From Bryobacterales bacterium (GTDB taxonomy: Bacteria; Acidobacteriota; Terriglobia; Bryobacterales; Bryobacteraceae), in assembly GCA_003166875.1 (NCBI GenBank), contig PMUN01000341.1, positions 1 to 57,879 of the forward strand: a stretch of DNA of 57,879 nt, in the 5' to 3' direction. The notes under the pieces are model-generated. The model worked only from the letters and a program-made list of their open reading frames with translations. It searched no databases and was not told the origin of the DNA. The stretch's first letter is position 1. Each line of letters opens with the position of its first letter. The position numbers were made by a program, and so were the translations under genes. Shown here in pieces: positions 1-8,664 of this stretch.

Positions 1-19
1 GCGAGCGTAAGCGACCGGT
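1..19. repeat. Truncated copy (right arm) of the palindromic REP-like element seen complete at 46956-47037
   Basis: gcgagcgtaagcgaccggt at 1-19 is identical to 47019-47037. The window edge cuts the element. Confidence 0.6.
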
Positions 20-241
20 GATCGCCGCCCTGCTCCATAGGCTGGAGAAAATCGATACGCTCCCCGCGCATCAGCAGAACGCCGTTTTGAGAAGCATCGG
101 CCGCTGATAACTGAAGGAGCCCACGAGCACGCTTATCGCCGAGAAGTCGCTGCCCGAAGCCTTGTCCTTGCAAAGCGAACAGCAATGGTTAGAGCAAATG
201 TGTCTCCGGTGTGCGACACCTCCAGGCGCAAGCAGAAATCC

Positions 242-667
242 TCACGATAGCCGCGCACTCCCGCCACTTTCTGCCGCTCCCAGTAGTTGCTTGGCGGCGC
301 CGCCAACCGTCGCCAGAAACTCCGAGAGTCCGGTCGGCTTGGTGATGTATAAATTGGCGCCGAGCCGGTACGCCTTTTCTCTATCCTCCGGCGAATTGGA
401 TGAGGTGAGAACGGCCACCGGCACTTGAGCCAGATGGGGCCAGGATCGAATCATCCGCAGTATCTCCAGGCCATCCGCTTTAGGCAGATTGATATCCAGG
501 AAAATAAGATCGGGCACGCCGCCGCTTGTGGCATCGATAAGATAGACCCGCGCGGCGTTTCCATCGTTAATCTGGGTAAGTTCGAATGGGACACCGCTGG
601 CTCGCAACGCTTCCTTCACCAGGTAAACATCCGGTGCGTGATCCTCGACGATTAGAACCCGAGCCAT
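242..667 (-). CDS. Single-domain response regulator (CheY-like receiver, no output domain)
   Basis: ORF 242..778. Preferred start is MARVLIVEDH (ATG at 667), 1 nt after the kinase stop. Receiver motifs present: IVEDH, LIFLDINLP, VLTSS, ITKP. Confidence 0.85.
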   Translation of the reverse strand: MARVLIVEDHAPDVYLVKEALRASGVPFELTQINDGNAARVYLIDATSGGVPDLIFLDINLPKADGLEILRMIRSWPHLAQVPVAVLTSSNSPEDREKAYRLGANLYITKPTGLSEFLATVGGAAKQLLGAAESGGSARLS

Positions 668-668
668 G

Positions 669-2798
669 CTACCCGGCTGCGCCGCCGGACGCTCCCTTCG
701 TAGAAATGGAAAACTTGAAAGTAGATCCACGGCCTGGCTCCGATTCCACCCAAATGCGGCCACCGTGCCTCTCGACAATGCTCTTGCAGATTGCCAAACC
801 TACGCCGGTTCCTGCTCGCGTATTGCCATGCAGGCGCTTGAATACTCCGAACACATACTCTTTGTATTCGGCAGGAATCCCAATGCCATTATCGCATACG
901 CTTAGCACCCATTCCTCGCCATTTTGCTCCGCCGTAATGCGGATCATCGGAGCCTGGTCACTCCTATACTTGATGGCGTTGCTGATCAGGTTTTGAAAAA
1001 GCTGAATCATTTGCACTTTATCGGCGTGCAGGGTCGGCAGCGGTCCGGTTTCGAGCGCCGTCCCGCTCTCCTCAATGGCAAGCTGGAGATTATGCACCGC
1101 CAGATCCACGGCGTCCTTCAAGGCAAACTCCTTGAGCGGCACGTCTTCGTGATGAACAGTGCGGGAATAGGTTAGTAAGTCAGTAATCAAAAGCCGCATC
1201 CGGGTAGCAGCGGAAATCACATAACTCATGAATTCGTTTGCTTCTCCGTCCAGCTTTTCTCCGTACCGGTCCGCCAGCAACTGAGTGAACGTAACCACTG
1301 TCCGCAGGGGTTCCTGCAAATCGTGCGACGCAGCGTAGGTGAACTGTTGCAGGTTGGCATTGGACCGCGCCAACTGGTCGGCATGCTGGGCGATGGATTT
1401 GATCGCGAGCGCGCGCTCGGTGATATCCCGCGCTATCTTGGAAGCTCCCACAATTTTCCCGGACGCATCCAGGATGGGCGAAACAGTCAGCGAGACATTC
1501 ACCAGACGGCCATCCTTTCCCCGCCGGATGCTCTCGAAATGCTCTACCCGCTCCCCCTGTTTGATGCGTTCCAGAATTGCAAGCATTTCACCGGCGCGAT
1601 CGGGCGCCGCAAGGAGGGAGATAGGCCGGCCAATCATCTCGGCAGCCGAATAACCAAAGAGCCGTTCCGCGCCTTTGTTCCAGCTAGTGATCAAGCCATT
1701 GAGATCCTTGCTGATAATGGCGTCATCGGAAAATTCCACCACGTCGGCCAGCAAGCGAGTGGCCTCTTCGACCTGCTTGCGCTCGGTGATATCGCGGAAC
1801 ACCAACACTGTGCCGCGAACTTTTCCGTCTACTCCGCGAACTGGGGCGCCGCTATCGTCAATCGGGATTTCGGTCCCATCTTGTGCGATGAGAATGGTGT
1901 GGTTCGCGAGCCCCACCACCGTGCCTTCCCGCATGACCTTCCGAACGGGGCTTTCGACAGTCGCGCGAGTATGTTCGTTCACGATTCGAAACACATCATC
2001 CAGAGGCAGGCCTCCCAGATCAGCCTCGCCGGTGCGGAGCAAGGCGCGGGCCGTTGGGTTGGCAAACTCGATGCGACCTTGTGCATCGGTGGCGATGACC
2101 GCGTCTCCGATGCTGGTCAGGGTGGTTTGAAGCATGTCGCGGGCTTCGCGAGTTTCTCCCAGGGATTGTTCCCGGGCGAGAACCGCACGATTCGTCATCA
2201 CGCTGGCCGCGATGAGAAAAGCGAAGAGAATCAGCGAGCCCGCGATCATCACCAACTCGGTCTGCCGCGCGTACATCTTTTCGTGGCGAGATGCGTCAAT
2301 CAGCGCCGAGTATTCCCGTTTCTGAATTCCGGTGCACAGTTCGCGAATCTGATCCATCAACTGCTTACCCCGGCCGGTATGGACAACGGCCAGCGCGGCT
2401 TCCAGGCTTTGGCTCTGGCGGAGCTCGACGGTTTTGTGAAGCTCGGCGAGTTTTTGATCCAGCAGCGCGCTTAGGCGCGACGCGTCCTCGGGCTGATCGC
2501 CCGTTCGAGTGAGAAGGCTCTTCAATTTCGCCATCTCGCCGGAGGCAAGCTGGATGGCCAGGTAATACGGCGCCAGGTATTTCTCTTCGCCCGTGAGCAG
2601 GTATCCGCGTTGCCCGGTCTCGGCATCCTGAACGGTGGAAAAGAGGCGCTGTGTGGAGTCTAGAATCCCACGCGTGTGCTCCTCGTCGGCGCTTGCGCCA
2701 CGATACTGAGCCCAGTCGCGAAAGAACATCCCTCCCATGGCCAGCAATATCAGTGCCGCGATCGCCAGCATCACAGAGTCCGGCCGTAACCGCTTCAC
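669..2798 (-). CDS. Sensor histidine kinase: TM, CHASE3-like, TM, two PAS, HisKA, HATPase_c
   Basis: 709-aa ORF. N-terminal TM followed by ETGQRGYLLTG (CHASE3-like). Two PAS blocks (DAVIATD..., DAIISKD...). H-box ASHDLQEPLRTV. N/G boxes NLISNAIKY, DNGIGI, GTGVGLAICK. Confidence 0.9.
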   Translation of the reverse strand: MKRLRPDSVMLAIAALILLAMGGMFFRDWAQYRGASADEEHTRGILDSTQRLFSTVQDAETGQRGYLLTGEEKYLAPYYLAIQLASGEMAKLKSLLTRTGDQPEDASRLSALLDQKLAELHKTVELRQSQSLEAALAVVHTGRGKQLMDQIRELCTGIQKREYSALIDASRHEKMYARQTELVMIAGSLILFAFLIAASVMTNRAVLAREQSLGETREARDMLQTTLTSIGDAVIATDAQGRIEFANPTARALLRTGEADLGGLPLDDVFRIVNEHTRATVESPVRKVMREGTVVGLANHTILIAQDGTEIPIDDSGAPVRGVDGKVRGTVLVFRDITERKQVEEATRLLADVVEFSDDAIISKDLNGLITSWNKGAERLFGYSAAEMIGRPISLLAAPDRAGEMLAILERIKQGERVEHFESIRRGKDGRLVNVSLTVSPILDASGKIVGASKIARDITERALAIKSIAQHADQLARSNANLQQFTYAASHDLQEPLRTVVTFTQLLADRYGEKLDGEANEFMSYVISAATRMRLLITDLLTYSRTVHHEDVPLKEFALKDAVDLAVHNLQLAIEESGTALETGPLPTLHADKVQMIQLFQNLISNAIKYRSDQAPMIRITAEQNGEEWVLSVCDNGIGIPAEYKEYVFGVFKRLHGNTRAGTGVGLAICKSIVERHGGRIWVESEPGRGSTFKFSISTKGASGGAAG

Positions 2799-2977
2799 AC
2801 TCAGAGTTGACGCTCTTTCGACATATGTTGTTTCAGGGTATAACGAACCCTGAAGTCGAGGAATTCAAGAATTCAGGAAGTCGAGGAAGGTGGAAGGGCT
2901 TCTTTTATTCTATAAGATCAATGAAATTGCTTCGTGAGGGCGTACCGTAAGGGGAACGCCACACGTCAGGGAGAATT

Positions 2978-5377
2978 ATGTTTCGACTTCACTCCCTATG
3001 CGCCGTGTCTCTTTTTCTGATGCTCGCGCCGGCGCCCGCTCAGGAAACCAGCGATGCCAACAAGCTGCCCGTGAAGCGCGTGGTTCTTTATAAGAACGGC
3101 GTCGGGTACTTCGAGCATCTGGGCCAGGTTCGCGGCAACCAAGACGTCTCCATTCCCTTCACATCCGGTCAGCTCAACGATGTTCTCAAGACGCTCACGG
3201 TGCTGGATCTCAACGGAGGCCGCATCGCCGGAGTGGCCTATGGAACGGCGGCTCCGCTGGATCGCCAACTGGGCGATTTGCGCCTTCCATCCAGCGACAA
3301 GACTACGCTCGCGGAGTTTCTGGGCGCTCTGAGGGGAACGCGCCTGGAAGCTCGCAACGGAACAACCACAATAACCGGCCGGCTGCTCAGCGTGGAGCAC
3401 AAGACGCGCGTTTCCGGCGGGACCACCCTCGAAGTCGACTACATTTCGCTGATCACCGACTCGGGCGAGATCAAGACCACTGAGGTATCACCGGCGTTTT
3501 CGGTCCGGCTGTTGGAGCATGGTCTGGCGGGCAAAGTGGATAGGCTGCTGGATCTGGTCTCAGCCGAACGCGAAGCAGACGTGCGCCGCATGGTGGTGTC
3601 CACGCAAGGGTCGGGCGACCGTTCTTTGTTCGTCAGTTACATCAGCGAGGTTCCCGTATGGAAGGCCACCTACCGCATCGTGCTCAACTCCAAAGGACAG
3701 GATCATCTGCTGCAAGGCTGGGCCATTGTAGACAACACCACCGGGCAGGACTGGGAGAATATCCATTTGTCGCTGGTGGCGGGCGCGCCGCAGAGTTTCA
3801 TCCAGAATCTTTCGCAGCCTTACTATTCCAGACGGCCGGTGGTGCCGTTACCGGAAAGCGTGCTCAGCACTCCCCAGACGTTTGAGTCGACACTGATCCC
3901 CGGTGCGGCTGTGCTCAGCGGGACCATTAATGACCCAAGCGGCGCTGTAGTCGCTCAAGCTACTGTAATAGCCGTCGCAAACGGTGCCCGCGTGGGTGAG
4001 GCAAGAACGGATCCTTCGGGCCGGTACGAATTTCAGACGCTGCCTGATGGTCCAGTGCAATTGCAAGTCGAGGCTCCGGGCTTCCAGCGCACGGTGATCA
4101 ACGGCGTGCTGATTGCGCCTGGAAGAACGGCGCAACAGGATGCTACTCTTCACGTTGGTTCGGTCAGCGAAACTGTATCCGTGAACGCGGCCGTTGGTAC
4201 GGCGGTTCAGACAGAAACCGCGGAGGTAAGTGCATCTCGCACGGCCGGAAGCGGCAGAATGCTTGGGACAGGAGCGGCCTTGGGTGCATCCGGCCGCGGG
4301 GGTGGATTCGGATCGGGCGCTGGCGGCAGCTTTGGAGGCGGCGCCTACGCTGTTGGCGCGGCACGGACCCGCGCGGGATCGGCTGCCATGGCACAAGACC
4401 TGGGCGACCTCTTTGAATACAAGCTCAAAGATCCGATCACTATCCTCAAGAACCGCTCGGCTCTGGTCCCCATTGTCCAATCCAATATTGCCGGCGAGAA
4501 AGTTTCCATCTGGAACGAATCGGCCGGATTACCTCGGCCGCAGCGCGCACTTTGGCTCACCAACTCGAGCGGACTAACTCTGGATGGCGGGAGTTTCAGC
4601 GTGCTTGAAGACGAAACCTTCGCCGGTGAAGGCGTCTTCGATCCGATTCGCCCCGGCGAGAAACGCCTGATTTCGTATGCCACGGATCTTGCTCTCAATG
4701 TTCGGTCGAAGCAAGGGAGCGAGGCGCAGCGTGTCTCCCAAGTGCTGGTGAGCCACGGCATGATGACGCACATGAGCGAGATGCGCGAAAGCAAAACCTA
4801 TACGTTCCGCAACGAAGACAGCTCGCCCAGAACGGTAATCGTGGAACATCCGGTTCGAAACGGGTACACGCTACGCAGCGAGGCGCAGCCTGTGGAAACC
4901 AGCGCCGGCTGGATGCGATTCCGGATAGAAGTGGCGCCCAAGCAGACTGCGTCGCTCGGGATTGATGAAGCGCGGCCGATTCAATCGAGCTACCAGCTCA
5001 CTAACATTACGGATGCGCAGGTGAGCTTGTTCGTGCGTGAGAATTCCATAGATAAAACTGTAGAAGCCGCGCTCCGGCGTATTCTCGCGCAGAAGGATGT
5101 GATTGCGGATCTCGAGTCACAGAAGGAAGACCGCGAAGGTCAGATGGGAAAGATTTTCGACGACCAACAGCGGCTGCGGGAAAACATGAAGGCTCTCAAA
5201 GGCAGCGCGGAGGAGAAAGCGCTGCTGCAACGTTACACCCAGCAACTGAACGAACAGGAGAATCGCCTGGAAACGCTACGCAAGGAGAGCCAGCAACTAG
5301 AAGCGCAGAAGGACAGTGCCCAAGCGGCGCTCGACAAAATGATCCAGGAGTTGTCGTTTGATGTGAGGTTGACGTAG
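2978..5377 (+). CDS. Secreted DUF4139-like protein with an inserted carboxypeptidase-regulatory-like domain, a Gly-rich linker and a C-terminal coiled coil
   Basis: 799-aa ORF with signal peptide MFRLHSLCAVSLFLMLAPAPAQ. VVLYKNGVGYFEH resembles the DUF4139 family N-terminus. CarboxypepD_reg-like block LSGTINDPSGAVVAQATV...RTDPSGRYEFQTLPDGPVQLQVEAPGF. GSGRGGGFGSGAGGSFGGG tract. Heptad-rich Q/E/L tail. Confidence 0.7.
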   Translation: MFRLHSLCAVSLFLMLAPAPAQETSDANKLPVKRVVLYKNGVGYFEHLGQVRGNQDVSIPFTSGQLNDVLKTLTVLDLNGGRIAGVAYGTAAPLDRQLGDLRLPSSDKTTLAEFLGALRGTRLEARNGTTTITGRLLSVEHKTRVSGGTTLEVDYISLITDSGEIKTTEVSPAFSVRLLEHGLAGKVDRLLDLVSAEREADVRRMVVSTQGSGDRSLFVSYISEVPVWKATYRIVLNSKGQDHLLQGWAIVDNTTGQDWENIHLSLVAGAPQSFIQNLSQPYYSRRPVVPLPESVLSTPQTFESTLIPGAAVLSGTINDPSGAVVAQATVIAVANGARVGEARTDPSGRYEFQTLPDGPVQLQVEAPGFQRTVINGVLIAPGRTAQQDATLHVGSVSETVSVNAAVGTAVQTETAEVSASRTAGSGRMLGTGAALGASGRGGGFGSGAGGSFGGGAYAVGAARTRAGSAAMAQDLGDLFEYKLKDPITILKNRSALVPIVQSNIAGEKVSIWNESAGLPRPQRALWLTNSSGLTLDGGSFSVLEDETFAGEGVFDPIRPGEKRLISYATDLALNVRSKQGSEAQRVSQVLVSHGMMTHMSEMRESKTYTFRNEDSSPRTVIVEHPVRNGYTLRSEAQPVETSAGWMRFRIEVAPKQTASLGIDEARPIQSSYQLTNITDAQVSLFVRENSIDKTVEAALRRILAQKDVIADLESQKEDREGQMGKIFDDQQRLRENMKALKGSAEEKALLQRYTQQLNEQENRLETLRKESQQLEAQKDSAQAALDKMIQELSFDVRLT

Positions 5378-5420
5378 GACAAGCCTCCCGCTTGTCCAGT
5401 TGGCAAGCCGGAGGCTTGCC
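5377..5420. terminator. Two adjacent GC-rich hairpins between convergent genes (bidirectional terminator or REP-like)
   Basis: ggacaagc-ctccc-gcttgtcc (5377-5397) and ggcaagc-cggag-gcttgcc (5402-5420). aagcctcc and ggaggctt can also pair across the two hairpins. Confidence 0.45.
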
Positions 5421-5494
5421 CTACGCTCCCTTAAACATGAGGATCTTTGAAGAACCGCGAGCGTAACTCTGATGCGCGGGGCTTCGACCTGCAA

Positions 5495-6304
5495 CTAGAC
5501 CGCGATCAAGTCGATTCTATGGACCACCGCTACAAAATCTTGCGGGCGCCGCGCGGGATCTTTGTCCGTCAGCTCCTGAATCAATTCCAGGAGCCGAGGA
5601 GGCGCTCCCAATCGCGCGAGCGGTTCCAGATCCACGGGCTGGTGCAGAATCAAATCGAAGATCCCGTCCACGGTCGGCGCTTCAAACGGCCGCGTCCCGG
5701 AGAGCAGCTCGAACAGCAGCACTCCGAAGGCGTATACGTCCACCAGGTGCGTTGGTTTCAGACCGCGGATTTGTTCCGGCGCCATGTAATAGGGCGTGCC
5801 GACCGTGAAACCGGCGCCGGTGAGCGAGAGATCCTCCGACTTGGCAATGCCGAAATCCACCAGCTTCACCTGGCCCGTGATGTCCACCCGGATATTGTCG
5901 GGTTTGACATCGCGATGGATGATGCCCTTCGAATGAACGTAGGCAAGCGCGCATGCAATCTGGCGCACCAAGGCAAGCTTCGAGCGCAGATCGCCGCTTC
6001 GCCCTTCGCGAATCTGTTTGCGCAGGCTTTCTCCCGCCAGGTACTCCATAACCAGGAACGGGCGTCCGTCCACTTCGCCGTAATCGTAAAACGCGATAAC
6101 GTTTTCGTGCGTGAAGCTTCCGGTGAGGCGGGCTTCGGCGAGAAAGCGAGCTTTGGTCTCCTGGTCGGCCAGGCCGGTTTCGGAGAGAATCTTGAAGGCC
6201 ACGGTGCGGCCCAGGTTGCGATCACGCGCCCGGTACACCTGGGCCTCGGTCCCGCCCAGGCATTCGAGCAGGTCGTACTTTCCAACGTGGTGCGGAAGTT
6301 GCAC
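5495..6304 (-). CDS. Ser/Thr protein kinase, catalytic domain only
   Basis: 269-aa ORF with Hanks motifs VAFKIL, HRDVKPDNI, DFGIA, MAPEQ. No TM, sensor or repeat domain. Confidence 0.9.
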   Translation of the reverse strand: MQLPHHVGKYDLLECLGGTEAQVYRARDRNLGRTVAFKILSETGLADQETKARFLAEARLTGSFTHENVIAFYDYGEVDGRPFLVMEYLAGESLRKQIREGRSGDLRSKLALVRQIACALAYVHSKGIIHRDVKPDNIRVDITGQVKLVDFGIAKSEDLSLTGAGFTVGTPYYMAPEQIRGLKPTHLVDVYAFGVLLFELLSGTRPFEAPTVDGIFDLILHQPVDLEPLARLGAPPRLLELIQELTDKDPARRPQDFVAVVHRIDLIAV

Positions 6305-6389
6305 GTTCGCCTTGATTATTCAAGAGTATAGCCTTAGCGAAGGCGGGGGGCGTAATAGTTTTGAAGAATTTGCCGATAGAGAAGGTGAG

Positions 6390-6725
6390 ATGCGCCGTCA
6401 AGAGAGAGCCGAGGTCGTAGTCGAGGTAGATGTCATGTGGACGGACCGCCAGGGGCATGAACGATTCGCCACTGCGCGCGCCATCGATATTTGCGAGTCC
6501 GGCATTCGGGTCCAGGTGCCGGAAGCTCTCCCGGAGCGTTCCTTTGTCAGATTGCGCGCAGACAAGATTGGATTGGCCGGCTCGGCGTCCGTGCGAAGCT
6601 GCATCAAGAAGGGCACCAAGTTCCTGGTTGGGCTGGAGTTCAGCGGAGGGATGAGGTGGAAGCGCCCAGCCGCCGTCAAAACACAGGCTGCGCCGGTCGA
6701 GACCCCGCTGCCGGTTGCCCGATAG
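6390..6725 (+). CDS. PilZ-domain protein (putative c-di-GMP receptor)
   Basis: Start chosen at ATG 6390 (MRRQERAEV). The longer ORF from 6111 overlaps the kinase gene on the other strand. RxxxR (RRQER) and DxSxxG-like (DICESG) motifs present. Confidence 0.7.
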   Translation: MRRQERAEVVVEVDVMWTDRQGHERFATARAIDICESGIRVQVPEALPERSFVRLRADKIGLAGSASVRSCIKKGTKFLVGLEFSGGMRWKRPAAVKTQAAPVETPLPVAR

Positions 6726-6760
6726 AAACTTCCTATCTGCCCGATAGAACTTTCCGATAA
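6718..6760. promoter_or_regulatory. Array of GATAG/CTATC motifs, including two near-identical 16-mers, upstream of amtB
   Basis: cccgatagaaacttcc (6718-6733) and cccgatagaactttcc (6740-6755). ctatc at 6733-6737 and gataa at 6756-6760. Confidence 0.35.
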
Positions 6761-6791
6761 TGTCCGCCTCTCTGTTAGAGGATCATGGACT

Positions 6792-8174
6792 ATGCCTTAT
6801 CGATTCTGGCTGGCGCTCGTGGCGCCGGCCCTTGCCGTGGCGCAAGCCCTGCCTCCGGCTACCGAGACTCGCCTCAGCAATCTGGAAGCTGCGGTCAAGT
6901 CGGCGCAGAGTGCCGGCGACAATGCCTGGATGCTGGTCAGCGCGGCGCTGGTTCTGATGATGACCGGTCCCGGCCTGGCCTTGTTCTATGGCGGGCTGGT
7001 GCGGCGCAAGAATGTCCTCAGCACCATGATGCACAGCTTCGCCCTGATGGCTGTGGTCAGCATCGTGTGGGCCATCGTCGGCTACAGTTTGGCTTTCGGC
7101 GAAGGGAACGCTTTCTTCGGCGACCTCCGTTATTTATTTCTTAACGGCGTGGGCGCCGCGCCGAATGCCGATTATGCGGGCACCATTCCGCAGCAGACCT
7201 TCATGATCTACCAGCTCATGTTCGCGATCATTACGCCCGCGCTGATTTCGGGGGCATACGCCGAGCGCATGAAATTCAGCGCCATGCTGCTGTTCACGGT
7301 GCTGTGGCTGCTGATTGTTTATTTCCCGCTGGCGCACATGGTGTGGGGAAAGGGCGGCTTCTTGAACGCGTTCTTAGGTGGAAAAGTCCCGTGCTTGGAT
7401 TTCGCGGGCGGGACGGTGGTGCACATCAGCTCCGGAGTCTCGGCCCTGGTGTGCGCTCTGTATCTTGGAAAGCGGCGCGGCTATATGACCGAGCCGATGA
7501 AGCCGCACAGCCTGGTGATCAGCGTTATCGGCGCCTGTTTGCTGTGGGTGGGTTGGTTCGGTTTTAATGCCGGCAGCGCGCTAGCGGCTTCGCCGCTGGC
7601 CACCAGCGCATTCGTGGCCACGCATTTCGCAACCGCCGCGGCGGCGCTGGGCTGGATGTTCGCCGAATGGATCAAGAATGGCAAGCCCAGCATGTTGGGC
7701 GCAATCTCCGGCGCAGTTGCGGGATTGGTTGCTATCACGCCCGCATCCGGATTCGTGAAACCGTTCCCGGCCATGCTGATCGGATTGGTGGCCGGGGTGC
7801 TGTGCTACTTCATGGTCACGGCCGTTAAAAGCAAGTTCGGCTATGATGACACTTTGGACGCCTTCGGAGTGCATGGCGCGGGCGGGACCATCGGCGCGCT
7901 GCTGACCGGCGTCTTCGCAACCAACCTGGTCAACGACGGATTGAAGGATTCAGCCGGCAAGGTTCTTCCTTTGGGAATGGTGGACGGCAACGGCGGCCAG
8001 GTGCTGAATCAGGCCATCGGCGTGCTGATTTCCTGGGCGCTGGCCATCGTAGGGACACTTATCATTTTGAAGATTTGCGACGCGTTGCTAGGCGTCCGTG
8101 TCTCGGCTGAGCAGGAGCTCGAAGGACTGGACGTGAGCATGCACGGTGAAGAAGGATATAATCTCGAAACGTAG
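6792..8174 (+). CDS. amtB: Ammonium transporter (Amt family)
   Basis: 460-aa ORF with a signal-like N-terminus and multi-TM profile. Typical Amt blocks DFAGGTVVHISSG and AFGVHGAGGTIGALLTG. Followed by a PII gene. Confidence 0.95.
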   Translation: MPYRFWLALVAPALAVAQALPPATETRLSNLEAAVKSAQSAGDNAWMLVSAALVLMMTGPGLALFYGGLVRRKNVLSTMMHSFALMAVVSIVWAIVGYSLAFGEGNAFFGDLRYLFLNGVGAAPNADYAGTIPQQTFMIYQLMFAIITPALISGAYAERMKFSAMLLFTVLWLLIVYFPLAHMVWGKGGFLNAFLGGKVPCLDFAGGTVVHISSGVSALVCALYLGKRRGYMTEPMKPHSLVISVIGACLLWVGWFGFNAGSALAASPLATSAFVATHFATAAAALGWMFAEWIKNGKPSMLGAISGAVAGLVAITPASGFVKPFPAMLIGLVAGVLCYFMVTAVKSKFGYDDTLDAFGVHGAGGTIGALLTGVFATNLVNDGLKDSAGKVLPLGMVDGNGGQVLNQAIGVLISWALAIVGTLIILKICDALLGVRVSAEQELEGLDVSMHGEEGYNLET

Positions 8175-8210
8175 TAGGGAAACACGTAGGGAAACACATA
8201 GGGAAACCAG
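8175..8210. repeat. Three tandem 12-mers TAGGGAAAC(ACG/ACA/CAG) in the amtB-glnK spacer
   Basis: tagggaaacacg, tagggaaacaca, tagggaaaccag, directly after the amtB TAG stop. Each unit starts with an in-frame TAG. Confidence 0.7.
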
Positions 8211-8231
8211 GCGCGACATCATAAACCAGCC

Positions 8232-8570
8232 ATGAAAAAAATTGAAGCTATCATCCAGCCCCACAAACTGGAGGACGTCAAGGAGGCGCTGAAGGCCATC
8301 GGCATCGACGGGATGACCATCACCGAAGTCCGTGGGCACGGGCGTCAGAAGGGTCATAAAGAGGTCTATCGCGGCATGGAATACCAGGTGGATCTCTTGC
8401 CCAAGGTGAAGGTGGAGATGGTGGTCCCCGATGGCCGCGCCGACGAAGTGATCCATACGGTAGTGGCGAGCGCGCGCACCGGTAAAATCGGAGACGGCAA
8501 GGTTTTCATCTACGATGTGGCCGAAGCTATCCGCATCCGCAACGACGACCGAGGCGAAGGGGCGCTGTAA
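8232..8570 (+). CDS. glnK: Nitrogen regulatory protein P-II
   Basis: 112 aa with canonical PII sequence MKKIEAIIQPHKLEDVK...TEVRGHGRQKGH and T-loop YRGMEY. Linked to amtB. Confidence 0.95.
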   Translation: MKKIEAIIQPHKLEDVKEALKAIGIDGMTITEVRGHGRQKGHKEVYRGMEYQVDLLPKVKVEMVVPDGRADEVIHTVVASARTGKIGDGKVFIYDVAEAIRIRNDDRGEGAL

Positions 8571-8581
8571 CCCCAAAACCC

Positions 8582-8641
8582 GTTTCTCGTTTCTCGTTTC
8601 TCGTTAGGAACGCAGCACCGTGCGAACCAGAAACGAGAAAC
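8582..8641. terminator. GTTTCTC heptamer x3 plus inverted copy: long hairpin after glnK
   Basis: gtttctc at 8582, 8589 and 8596. agaaacgagaaac at 8629-8641 is the exact reverse complement of gtttctcgtttct. Confidence 0.5.
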
Positions 8642-8664
8642 TTTTGTTCCCAGCCAGTGTTAGT

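Noticed and set aside
162-428. 88-aa plus-strand ORF at the window start
   Set aside because: It is mostly antisense to the well-supported response regulator gene and has low-complexity P/A/S-rich composition. This is a typical high-GC antisense artefact.
1323-2474. 383-aa plus-strand ORF
   Set aside because: It is entirely antisense to the histidine kinase, which has clear PAS, HisKA and HATPase motifs. It has an R/G/A-rich composition and no motifs.
5447-6331. 294-aa plus-strand ORF
   Set aside because: It is antisense to the Ser/Thr kinase, whose Hanks motifs are unambiguous on the minus strand.
6111-6389. N-terminal 93 codons of the ORF containing the PilZ domain
   Set aside because: This part overlaps the kinase gene on the opposite strand and is R/S-rich. 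The PilZ motifs begin right after the internal ATG at 6390.
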